In this document: piece after piece, positions 27,581-36,802 of the stretch
How the letters are laid out: each line of letters begins with the position of its first letter
How positions within the stretch are numbered: the stretch's first letter is position 1
Made by a program: the position numbers and the translations under genes
Virus record (IMG/VR): IMGVR_UViG_3300026201_000006
Location: 1 to 64,000 of that record
Strand: one strand, 5' to 3'
Source of the DNA: an uncultured virus (IMG/VR IMGVR_UViG_3300026201_000006)
Taxonomy: Duplodnaviria > Heunggongvirae > Uroviricota > Caudoviricetes
DNA: 64,000 nt
The notes under the pieces: generated by a model
What the model saw: only the letters and a program-made list of their open reading frames with translations
The model's database searches: none
Told to the model about the DNA's origin: nothing

Positions 27581-29582
27581 ACATTGTGGCTTCTAGTCGT
27601 GTAGACTTAATATAGTCACCATAACCTTCATCTTTATATTGAATTATATTAGTAACATTAACAGCCGCACCTCGTGCAGTATAACCATCCTGATTTTGTA
27701 TTTCAGCTATTCTCAGTGCTACTTGTCTCTCATTAGCTATTCGAAATAGTTCTGAAGCACTTTCGCCAAATCTCCAATCTTCGCCGTATTTAGTCTTCAT
27801 GGCTTGCAGGTCTGCAACGCCCATTTTTTTACCAGTTGCTGGATCAGTATTACTTGCATAATGAGCAATATAGTTACTTGTCATTGATTCAGCCCCTTCA
27901 TCATCAATTCCAAGAGCTTTACGTAAATTCCATGTTCCGCCACCTAATAGTTTTGGAAATTGAAATTCCCAATCTGGTATAAGGTCTTTTATCCAATTAA
28001 CAAATTTACCCGGTAAATCTGTAACCCAGCTCCACATGTCTCCAGCTGTACCTAAAGGATCACTTAACAACTCTCCTATATAATCTGATATAGCAGAAAT
28101 TGCATGGAAAGGGAATGCAATAATTTTATGTATTAAGTCTGCGAAACTGAATCTTTGTATTGCTGCAAGAGCATCACCGCCAATACCTTGCCCAGGTAAA
28201 ATATTACCATCTGCGTCTGTTTCAAGACCAAACATTTTTCTAATACCCCATACTGCTAATCCCTTAATAGCATCTGCCAAACCACCAACAAGATAACCTA
28301 TTGCACCACCACCGGCTTCACCTAATATCGTATACCATTTAGCATCATCTTCAGCAGCTTCAGCTTTACCTGCTTTGAATCCTTCAAATACTGAGAATAT
28401 AGCAGCAATTGGCCAGAGTAATCTACCTATAAATTTCACAGCACCAAGATTGGCAAAGGTTTTAAAAGTATCTTTAATTAATTTACCACTTGTACTACTA
28501 GTCCATTTGGCTATACCACCACTAAGTTTAGTAACAGGTGAAAACATTGTATTTAATCTTCGTGTCAGTAAAGCAGCATATCCAGCAGACATCCATGCTG
28601 CTCTAACAGGTAATGATCCACGAGGTCCAGGTCTAGCACCAAGCGGTTTACCATCAGGGCCTAATCCAATAGCATTATATGCTTTTAGTCTTATGTCAGC
28701 TAATCTAGTCTTTACACTTTCAGTAAGCCCAGCCCATCCAATCTTTTTCCATTCACCATCAACTTTCGTATATATTGGTTTACCGGCTTTGTCATAACCA
28801 AACCATGCGTATATAGAAGTTTTAAGGCTTGTATATGCAGTAGCAATCTTTCCGTCTTTTAACCATGCTCCAATAGTAGTTGTACCCCAAGTTTTAACAG
28901 CAGCTAAAGTAGCCAAAGCTTTTGTATGCCATAAATGCATACCGTTATATGCTAAAGTAATCGAAGCTGTTAATGCTGTGATTAATGGGATCATGCCATA
29001 CTTAAACCAGTTTTCTTTAATGATTGACCATTCTTCTCTTTTCTTTTGTCGTGCTAATTCCCTAGGAGATAAAAATCCAGCAATCATCTTTCTAAATTTC
29101 TTAGTGAAGTCAAACATCTCACCGCCATGCTCTCTACGATATTCCTCATCACTTTGGTCTTTCTTCTGATCTCTTGCTTTTCTATATTTAAACCTCAAGA
29201 GGTCATCGTTAGTGTTTTCAACATTTATTCGGTACATCATCTTGTTTGATTTCTCAATCAAACGTCTTGTCATAAATGTAGAGTGTTTAATTACTTCTTG
29301 GACTTTTTTCTTTGCCCTATTTTTAGGCGCGTCCATTTTTTCTTTAGTAATTTTACCAGCAATATTGGCTTTATATCTTCGCTTAAAGTCTTGTGCATCG
29401 TTAATGATAGGTTCGCCCGTAGCTGACGTCTTAGAGTTTGGATTTAAAATAGCCTCATCTGCTTTTTCTTGGCGTTTAGCTTCTTCAGCTTCTTTCAGTC
29501 TATCGCGCGTACTCAGTTGATTCTGCTTTCGCAGAAGTTGTACTACTTCACCTAATAAACTTTCTTGTGTTTTCTTTGCCAT
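27579..29582 (-). CDS. 29: Tape measure / baseplate hub protein (gp29-like)
   Basis: Long helical protein with Gly/Ala-rich hydrophobic segments, downstream of 26/51. Confidence 0.6.
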   Translation of the reverse strand: MAKKTQESLLGEVVQLLRKQNQLSTRDRLKEAEEAKRQEKADEAILNPNSKTSATGEPIINDAQDFKRRYKANIAGKITKEKMDAPKNRAKKKVQEVIKHSTFMTRRLIEKSNKMMYRINVENTNDDLLRFKYRKARDQKKDQSDEEYRREHGGEMFDFTKKFRKMIAGFLSPRELARQKKREEWSIIKENWFKYGMIPLITALTASITLAYNGMHLWHTKALATLAAVKTWGTTTIGAWLKDGKIATAYTSLKTSIYAWFGYDKAGKPIYTKVDGEWKKIGWAGLTESVKTRLADIRLKAYNAIGLGPDGKPLGARPGPRGSLPVRAAWMSAGYAALLTRRLNTMFSPVTKLSGGIAKWTSSTSGKLIKDTFKTFANLGAVKFIGRLLWPIAAIFSVFEGFKAGKAEAAEDDAKWYTILGEAGGGAIGYLVGGLADAIKGLAVWGIRKMFGLETDADGNILPGQGIGGDALAAIQRFSFADLIHKIIAFPFHAISAISDYIGELLSDPLGTAGDMWSWVTDLPGKFVNWIKDLIPDWEFQFPKLLGGGTWNLRKALGIDDEGAESMTSNYIAHYASNTDPATGKKMGVADLQAMKTKYGEDWRFGESASELFRIANERQVALRIAEIQNQDGYTARGAAVNVTNIIQYKDEGYGDYIKSTRLEATM

Positions 29583-29588
29583 AAGTTT

Positions 29589-29789
29589 TTATCCCATTTT
29601 TGCTTGTCGTTCCTTATTACGTCTGTTCTCTTCTTCAATATGTTCCTTCATGAGAACTAAATATAATTCCCTTTCCCATGGTAACATATTTTCTAAATCT
29701 ACTAAACTAAAATTATGATGGACCATTAAAGCAAAATTAGTTTTTAACTGATTTGCTACGTTATCATGTGAAAGGGCTACGAAAAAAAA
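29589..29789 (-). CDS. 51: gp51-like baseplate hub assembly chaperone frame (probably reached by -1 frameshift)
   Basis: KTNFALMVHHNFSL.DLENMLPWERELY; the frame is open back to the T8 run. Confidence 0.75.
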   Translation of the reverse strand, partial: FFFVALSHDNVANQLKTNFALMVHHNFSLVDLENMLPWERELYLVLMKEHIEEENRRNKERQAKMG

Positions 29790-30487
29790 TCTGTCAATCC
29801 TTTCAGCTGTTTAACATTATGATGTCCACATGTACTACACTTATAATCAACATCATAAGTTAATACCGGTGAGTCTGTCATAAAGTTTATGATCTTAGCA
29901 AACTGCTCATTATTTAAACTTTCAACAAACCTCACTACTTCTTTAAACGGTGCATCTTTAGTTGTATATGTTTCTTCACCACTATAAATTGTATCAATTG
30001 TTTTTGCTACCATATTAATAGCAGCTTCAGTCTCAGTAGCTCTTTGAGCCTGAGTTAAACTATCTGAATAACCAAGATATTTTAAATCAACACTAATCTC
30101 GTCATTTATTTTTACATGCATATCTGCATCAGTATCTAGATTAGCTACATAAACATCATCTAAATTAATTTTTAATTTTTGTGTCGCTTCGCACTCATCA
30201 TTTAAACACTTCAATTGAACTTCAATACCTTCACCTACAGATTTACTACGCAAAGTAGTAAACATATATTCGATATCAAACATCGTGAATGACTTCATAT
30301 CAACCGGTGTTTCTATACAAGCCTTGATAATATCAGTCACAGCTCTTTCAATTGCTACTTCATTTTCAGATTCTAATGCAATTAATAAAATCTTTTCTTC
30401 TTTGACCACATATGGTCTGTATGTAATACTTTGCCCTGTTGAGGGTACAATCATATCATACTTTGGGGTTGCTATAATTGGCAACAT
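29777..30487 (-). CDS. 26: Baseplate hub assembly protein gp26
   Basis: YRPYVVKEEKILL.A, LRSKSVGE, CxxC, GLTDFF. Confidence 0.88.
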   Translation of the reverse strand: MLPIIATPKYDMIVPSTGQSITYRPYVVKEEKILLIALESENEVAIERAVTDIIKACIETPVDMKSFTMFDIEYMFTTLRSKSVGEGIEVQLKCLNDECEATQKLKINLDDVYVANLDTDADMHVKINDEISVDLKYLGYSDSLTQAQRATETEAAINMVAKTIDTIYSGEETYTTKDAPFKEVVRFVESLNNEQFAKIINFMTDSPVLTYDVDYKCSTCGHHNVKQLKGLTDFFS

Positions 30488-30512
30488 ATCATTATATCTC
30501 CATTGTTATAAT

Positions 30513-31211
30513 TTAAAATACACGCTTAAATATATCTAACGTATTCGCTCCTATCTGTAACATCTTATTTGCTACATCTTCAAATCCATCTCTTAAATCT
30601 AATGCCTTAAAATTATCATATTCAAACGTAACACTTACTTCCATCATTCCTTCTGATCCTTCAGTTAAATCAACTTGACTTACCGTAATTGGATATGCAT
30701 TCGTAAGTTTAACTGTATATCCAGGAATCACATCATTCGATGGTGACAGTTGTTGTATGAGTACATCAGTACAATAGTCTTGTTTATAAAATGCCTTATA
30801 GTGTCTACCTGATGTATCAATAATCATTTCTTGCCACATATCAAAATACTTTTTAATATAGTAATCATTCGTTAATAAGAATGACATAGTAACTTCATCT
30901 GTTGCAGCGGAATAAGGTTTTTTAGACATGTGGTGGTTATGCATAGCTTCTTGTGTGAGTATACGTTTACCTGGCATCATTGCTGTTTGACATAATAAAA
31001 ACATATCTCTCGGATCAGTAATAAAGTCTGCTATATTTACACCATCACCTGAAATTAAATTGCTCAAGAGAGTTGCGGGGTTATATCCTAATAAACTGTT
31101 TATAGATTTTGATGGATGGGTTATATAAACTGCGTATCTATTTCCACGCGCTAAACCACCTCTACGGTTAATTGTAGACTTCATTGTATCGATACTTACT
31201 GGTAATGCCAT
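30513..31211 (-). CDS. 54: Baseplate-tail tube initiator gp54-like
   Basis: GGLARGNRY, tube-fold NAYP...VTFEY. Confidence 0.7.
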   Translation of the reverse strand: MALPVSIDTMKSTINRRGGLARGNRYAVYITHPSKSINSLLGYNPATLLSNLISGDGVNIADFITDPRDMFLLCQTAMMPGKRILTQEAMHNHHMSKKPYSAATDEVTMSFLLTNDYYIKKYFDMWQEMIIDTSGRHYKAFYKQDYCTDVLIQQLSPSNDVIPGYTVKLTNAYPITVSQVDLTEGSEGMMEVSVTFEYDNFKALDLRDGFEDVANKMLQIGANTLDIFKRVF

Positions 31212-31789
31212 TAGTACATTCTCCTTGATTGTCCCCAAACATATCTTTGACTCTTCTTCCTAAACGCAGCCGTTTGTAAAAATATTGCTATATTCCATTC
31301 TGCAGCATTTACCTTCATAACATTAGATGTTACATTAGGTGTCAAATAATGTTTGTAGCACGGTGCAAAATACTTATAGTTCTTCGTAGATTGCAGTAGC
31401 TTATATGTTATTTTAAATTTAGTTGAATCATCAAACTTCTGATTATTCGTTACATCATTTAATTTGTCTAAGAAGATAGCACGAACTTTAGGTGGTAAGT
31501 AATGCAAGTTTAACGCATGGAATCCACCTGGTGCTTTACCTACAATAATAGCTAAAGGAAATGTGTCATAGTAAGGTAAAGTCTTTTTAAGCTTTGGATC
31601 ATACGTGTACATTACCATATCACCAGCTTTTATACGTGTCTTCTTTAACCTATCATCTTGCAAAACATTTGGCCCTAACTTACCAAGCTTCTTTACATTT
31701 TTAGCAAACCATACTTCAGCTTCTTTAGTTCTTGCTTGTATTCCTTTACGGAATGCTTCTGATTCTAACTTGTCAAACAAACTAGCCAC
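31211..31789 (-). CDS. 2: DNA end protector protein gp2
   Basis: YDPKLK..LPYYD.FP, LNLHYLP. Confidence 0.85.
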   Translation of the reverse strand: MASLFDKLESEAFRKGIQARTKEAEVWFAKNVKKLGKLGPNVLQDDRLKKTRIKAGDMVMYTYDPKLKKTLPYYDTFPLAIIVGKAPGGFHALNLHYLPPKVRAIFLDKLNDVTNNQKFDDSTKFKITYKLLQSTKNYKYFAPCYKHYLTPNVTSNVMKVNAAEWNIAIFLQTAAFRKKSQRYVWGQSRRMY

Positions 31790-31976
31790 TAAAAGTCTCC
31801 ATTAATTGCGGTCCGAATACTACCATGATATATGCTATAATACTCATAGCTGCTATACCACCTAGTAAAAACTTTATTTTAAAATCATCTACCATCATTT
31901 TAAATCCTATTATTTCGTTCCCCAATATTCTTAGAGATATTTCTAGTTTACCATCACTTTGATCTTCTTCTTTCAT
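31782..31976 (-). CDS. Small membrane protein
   Basis: Follows a minus-strand late promoter (31982-31989); hydrophobic C-terminus. Confidence 0.6.
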   Translation of the reverse strand: MKEEDQSDGKLEISLRILGNEIIGFKMMVDDFKIKFLLGGIAAMSIIAYIMVVFGPQLMETFSG

Positions 31977-31984
31977 AACTATAT

Positions 31985-32482
31985 TTATACCTTTTTACCA
32001 AGTGTTTTCCATATTCTTCTACCAGTTTTAGTTTTGCTTGCTTTAAACCCTAAGGTCATTGTCTTAATACCCATTGCCTCTAATTCTTTCTCGGTCCAAA
32101 TATAAAACTTATACCCACGGTTTTCACAAAACTTATTTGCATATTCCCATTTAGAAACATTCTTCATGTAGGTTAATGCTTCATTAAGCTTTTTACGTTT
32201 AGGCGGTTTTGTTTGTGATGATGGTTTAATTTCAACTAACCAGGTCTCACCCTTTGTAGTTCTTATAGTAAGGTCAACAAAGTATCTATGAGGTTTATTA
32301 TCTGTTTTACATATATAACCTATTACAGTTTCTTCTGAATTCCACCACTTTACCCATGACGCATTATCTAAATGTCGAAATGCATTGCGTTCCCACAATG
32401 ATCTATACGTTATTTTGTTTGGGTCACCTTTATACTTATGAAGGTTTTTTGGCTTCCATGATCCAGAATATGTTTTTTTCAT
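31985..32482 (-). CDS. 4: Head completion nuclease gp4
   Basis: KYKGD...YRSLWE, HRYFVD, EIKP, TEKEL. Confidence 0.92.
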   Translation of the reverse strand: MKKTYSGSWKPKNLHKYKGDPNKITYRSLWERNAFRHLDNASWVKWWNSEETVIGYICKTDNKPHRYFVDLTIRTTKGETWLVEIKPSSQTKPPKRKKLNEALTYMKNVSKWEYANKFCENRGYKFYIWTEKELEAMGIKTMTLGFKASKTKTGRRIWKTLGKKV

Positions 32483-32487
32483 ACAAC

Positions 32488-32511
32488 TATTTATACAAAT
32501 CGTTATAAATA
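32488..32511. promoter_or_regulatory. Divergent pair of late promoters
   Basis: TATTTATA at 32488-32495 and TATAAATA at 32504-32511. Confidence 0.85.
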
Positions 32512-32538
32512 AGTAATATACAAACATAAGGAACCATT

Positions 32539-33717
32539 ATGAGCGATCCAGCAGAAGATCACAGACACCAACGTGGTAGGGAAATAGCTGATAAAGTTAG
32601 AGGATTTTCTTTCCAATCTTGGAAATACCCATCAACAGTTGGTAGTGATACCTATCAAGATGATATAAGCTTTAACAGTCATGAAACTAGTGAGTATGCC
32701 AAAAGGCGTATGGATAATACTTCACAATTAACTAATGAACCATACATGATGTTTGAGTTTATGAAAGTTGATGGTACCCCGAATAAAAATCAAAATAGCT
32801 TTGCACAACAAGGTAAAAAAGGATTTGATTGGACTGCAGGATTTCTTAAAAGTAATGCATCTGCAGTAATAGGAAGGGCAGCTGATATCTTGGACCAAAA
32901 TAATACTATCGGTCGTGGAACAAACAGAGAAAATGCAATTAGGGAATCTGCTGGTGGTGAAAATTCCGCAGCAGTAAATAACAGTATTACTAATGGCAAA
33001 GCATTCGAAGCTTCAAAAGGATTAATCGAAGCTTATACAACTCCAGTAAGAAGAACATATACAGGTTCTATTTGTTTATATATGCCAACTGGAATTGAAA
33101 TATCTGATGGTATAACATATAACGAGGACACAAGACAATTTGCAGCAGGCTTAAATGAAATGGTAAGCGGTGGCGGTTCAAGGGCTTTTAATAATAAGGC
33201 AGTGTTGGCTAGTACACAAGCAATTTCAGTATATGGTGCAGGTGCGGGTAAAATAGCTGGAGGCGGTATGTTAGGTGCTTTAGCTGGTTATGGTGTTGGT
33301 GATATTATCGCAACTGAAATGCAAAGATCTACCGGCGCACTATTAAATAAAAACGAATTTGCAGCATACGCTGGTACACCATTAAGATCATTTACTTTTA
33401 ATTGGACTATACTACCTGATTCAGAACAAGAATCAGATCAAGCAGCGGGTCTTATTAAATTCTTTAGAGAATCTATGCACGCTACAAAAAATGATCAGGT
33501 TACAATTACTGTTCCTGACCATTGTGTAGTATCATTCCACGGTTCAAAAGACATGATTCAATTACCTCCTGTTGTTGTAGAGAATGTTGGTGTTACATAT
33601 AACCCAAATAATTCTTCATTCTTTAGAAAAAATAATTCACCAGTAGAAATTAATTTAACAGTAACACTTAAAGAACTTAATCCATTATACAAAGATGATG
33701 TCAAGGCAGGGTATTAA
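32539..33717 (+). CDS. 48: Baseplate tail tube cap gp48-like
   Basis: ICLYMP, LRSFTFNW...P.SEQES, LKEL; synteny. Confidence 0.75.
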   Translation: MSDPAEDHRHQRGREIADKVRGFSFQSWKYPSTVGSDTYQDDISFNSHETSEYAKRRMDNTSQLTNEPYMMFEFMKVDGTPNKNQNSFAQQGKKGFDWTAGFLKSNASAVIGRAADILDQNNTIGRGTNRENAIRESAGGENSAAVNNSITNGKAFEASKGLIEAYTTPVRRTYTGSICLYMPTGIEISDGITYNEDTRQFAAGLNEMVSGGGSRAFNNKAVLASTQAISVYGAGAGKIAGGGMLGALAGYGVGDIIATEMQRSTGALLNKNEFAAYAGTPLRSFTFNWTILPDSEQESDQAAGLIKFFRESMHATKNDQVTITVPDHCVVSFHGSKDMIQLPPVVVENVGVTYNPNNSSFFRKNNSPVEINLTVTLKELNPLYKDDVKAGY

Positions 33718-33719
33718 AT

Positions 33720-34439
33720 ATGTATTTTAAAAATATAGCAAGTGTTCCAATAGATATAGATGCATCTGGCAATTTAGACTTAATGAAAAATCTGACAGCT
33801 AAAGCAAAGATTTCGGATGAGCTAATTAATAATATAGGTTATTACGAAACAGTAGAAATTATAGACGGCGAAAGACCAGATCATTTAAGCCAACGTTTAT
33901 ATGGTACTGATGATTTCCATTGGACATTTTTATTACTTAATCCTCAAATAAAAAATATATGGGATGATTGGCCAATGAGCTCATCCCAGCTAATAGACTA
34001 TTGCACAAACAAGTATCAATACTTAGCTGCAGATACTGATGATTCATTAGTAGATAAATTTACACTAGGAGAAAGTGTTCAAGGTTCTGTATCTGGTGCA
34101 TTAGGTATAGTAAAAGAGATCCATGTCAATATGGGTTATATTGTAATAGATCCATCAAATGGTGTTGCATTTACTGAGACCGGTGAAACTATACAAGGTC
34201 TTAGTTCTTCAGATTCAGTATCTTGTAATTTTATTAAGTCACAAGCTTATGCACCTCATCATCATGTTGATGATTCAACTGGAGCATGGGTAAAACGTAG
34301 AGAGGCTGGAACTACCGCATATACATACATCGATTATGAGTCGGCTGTAACTGAACAAAACAGGCAACTTAAAGTAATTAAGCCTGAACACATGACGGCG
34401 GTATCTACACAGTTTATTAAAGTAATGCAAAATGCTTAA
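33720..34439 (+). CDS. 53: Baseplate wedge gp53
   Basis: MYF, DGERPD.LS..LYG...HW..LLLN, DWP. Confidence 0.85.
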   Translation: MYFKNIASVPIDIDASGNLDLMKNLTAKAKISDELINNIGYYETVEIIDGERPDHLSQRLYGTDDFHWTFLLLNPQIKNIWDDWPMSSSQLIDYCTNKYQYLAADTDDSLVDKFTLGESVQGSVSGALGIVKEIHVNMGYIVIDPSNGVAFTETGETIQGLSSSDSVSCNFIKSQAYAPHHHVDDSTGAWVKRREAGTTAYTYIDYESAVTEQNRQLKVIKPEHMTAVSTQFIKVMQNA

Positions 34440-35565
34440 TCTAGATAGTATAAAAATTGAAGTACGTAAAATAGATATTAGCGGATTTGTTAATGGATTA
34501 ACTTTATATGAAAGTATATTCGGTATGATGCAAGGGCAAATTGCTGTTCAAGATTCAACTAACTTCTTTGATAATTTTATAGGCACAGAATTAGCTCCTG
34601 TTGATATCAGTTTTTCATATTTAAAGCAAGAATATACGGCAAGCTTTTATATGGATGGAATAACTGATATGAAATTAAATACAGAAAAAAAGAATTATAC
34701 TATCCATTTAAAATCTATACATGTACCTAACTTTGCTAATACCGTAAATTCAGTATATAATGGAACATCGGCTGAAATTATTGCTAAAATATTTGCAGAT
34801 GTAAGTGCTTCAGAAAATAAAATGGCTGTTGATTCAAAAACAGCAACGAGTGGTAGATATATTGCACCAAACATTGCTGCAAAAGATTGTTTTAAAACAC
34901 TTGTAGCAAATGCATATTGTATAGATCAATCTGGATTATTTATGTATGAAAGATTAGTTGATGAAAATACTATAAGGTTAACTTCTTTACATGATATGGT
35001 TAATAATGCATTTATTGATAATCAAGGAACACCGGTTTCTATTAAGCAAGGTATAGCAGATATGAGAGAAGTTCAAACAAATCCTCTATCAGTTTTAGGA
35101 ACAGCAGAAGATTTCTTAATGAAAGAATACAGTATGGATTTTGTTCAAAAAATAGAAGATGGATTATTTGGTGAAGCAATTAATGAAATTAATTTAGATG
35201 AAACACAGAAGATAGAGAATACTACAAAAGAAGTAACATCGGTACCTAAAACAAAATTTAAGCTAAGTAATAAATTATATGATGAGAATGTAAAAAGCGT
35301 ATTAGCTAATAGAGGTGATGTGGCATCGGGCACAATTATTAACACTACAGTACGAGCATTTAATACTATGATGGATGTATCTGCTATGGCAGCCTTGCCT
35401 GGTTTAGGAGTTGGAATGACTGTTGATTGTAAACTAAGTAGTAATATAGAACAAGGCACTCGTCGACACGATGGCAAATGGCTAGTTAAACACATACAAC
35501 ATGACTTTACACAAAAAGGCGGAGAATATAGTTACCATCAATCGTTAGGACTAGTGAGAGAATAA
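34432..35565 (+). CDS. Baseplate hub protein (gp27-like)
   Basis: Lies between 53 and 5; LYESIF, GKWLVKHIQH. Confidence 0.55.
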   Translation: MLNLDSIKIEVRKIDISGFVNGLTLYESIFGMMQGQIAVQDSTNFFDNFIGTELAPVDISFSYLKQEYTASFYMDGITDMKLNTEKKNYTIHLKSIHVPNFANTVNSVYNGTSAEIIAKIFADVSASENKMAVDSKTATSGRYIAPNIAAKDCFKTLVANAYCIDQSGLFMYERLVDENTIRLTSLHDMVNNAFIDNQGTPVSIKQGIADMREVQTNPLSVLGTAEDFLMKEYSMDFVQKIEDGLFGEAINEINLDETQKIENTTKEVTSVPKTKFKLSNKLYDENVKSVLANRGDVASGTIINTTVRAFNTMMDVSAMAALPGLGVGMTVDCKLSSNIEQGTRRHDGKWLVKHIQHDFTQKGGEYSYHQSLGLVRE

Positions 35566-36383
35566 TGTATAATCAAATAAAATTTGGAACAGTTGTTGAT
35601 ATTAATGATCCTGAAAAGTTAGGTAGGGTAAAGGTTAATGTATACGGACTTCATGACAATATAGACTCTGCAGATCTTGCATGGAGTATGGTTATGATGC
35701 CAGGAAATACTCCAGCTAAAGGCGGTGTAGGTTCATCAGTTAACTTATTGGTTGGTACATTAGTAGCAGGTGTGTGCATGGATAGAGCTATGCAAGAATT
35801 TTTAGTCTTGGGAACTTTGCCTACAAAAACTGATGGAATAGAAGATAATAATGTAAGAGTAAGAGCTGAAGCTGATCCTAATGCAGATGAAGAACTTGGT
35901 TCATATCAACCAGCAAGTACATACGCACCACAATATCCATATAATAATGTTATGGAAACAGAGAGTGGTCATGTCAAAGAATATGATGATACTCCGGGTG
36001 TAGAACGAATAACGGAGAGACATAAGAGTGGCACTCAATATGAGATAGCTGCCAATGGTTCTAAAACAGAAAGAATAGTAAGAGACAATTATCAGTTAGT
36101 TGTAGGTCATGACACTCTTGAAGTATTTGGTGATGTACGTATTATAGTAAGTGGTAATGCTGATATTGCAGTAGCAGGTAATATGAATACTGCTGTCGGT
36201 GGCACAACAAACTTAACAAGCACAGGTAAGATAACAATGACTGGAGATGTTGATGTTACTGGAACATTGCAAACTAATACTGGTGACACAACAATTAATT
36301 TGAATACTCATATTCATACACAACCTGATACTGGAGCAGATGATACCTCACAAGGTAATACAAATGGTCCACAAAATCCATAA
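35565..36383 (+). CDS. 5: Baseplate central spike gp5-like (no lysozyme domain)
   Basis: DPEKLGRVKV OB fold, YPYN.V.ETESGH..EYDDT, beta-helix, THIH. Confidence 0.88.
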   Translation: MYNQIKFGTVVDINDPEKLGRVKVNVYGLHDNIDSADLAWSMVMMPGNTPAKGGVGSSVNLLVGTLVAGVCMDRAMQEFLVLGTLPTKTDGIEDNNVRVRAEADPNADEELGSYQPASTYAPQYPYNNVMETESGHVKEYDDTPGVERITERHKSGTQYEIAANGSKTERIVRDNYQLVVGHDTLEVFGDVRIIVSGNADIAVAGNMNTAVGGTTNLTSTGKITMTGDVDVTGTLQTNTGDTTINLNTHIHTQPDTGADDTSQGNTNGPQNP

Positions 36384-36403
36384 TAAATGTATAAATAAGA
36401 TAT

Positions 36404-36802
36404 ATGGCACAGATAGCACGACAAGAAACGTATAAAGATGCAGATTTTACTTTTAAGGAAAATCCTAATACAAATGACGTTGCAATAAAAAAGAATAATG
36501 AATCGATTAAACAAAGTGTATTAAATATACTTCGTACGAATCATGGCGAACGCCCATTTAATTATTTTTTTGGCGCAAACTTAAGATCATATCTATTTGA
36601 GAATATGACAAATATAACAGCAGCACAAATGGCAACGTCTGTTAACAATTCTTTAAGAAACCATGAGCCAAGAATAGAAGTACTTAATACAAATATACAG
36701 GCAAAAGCCGATGAAAACGAAGTATTAATAACAGTAACCGGAAGAGTTTTATCTAGTAATGAAGTATTAGATATTTCGACCACAATAGAGAGATTACGAT
36801 AA
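36404..36802 (+). CDS. 25: Baseplate wedge gp25
   Basis: IKQSV.N...T..GERPF, EPRI; late promoter at 36390-36397. Confidence 0.92.
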   Translation: MAQIARQETYKDADFTFKENPNTNDVAIKKNNESIKQSVLNILRTNHGERPFNYFFGANLRSYLFENMTNITAAQMATSVNNSLRNHEPRIEVLNTNIQAKADENEVLITVTGRVLSSNEVLDISTTIERLR

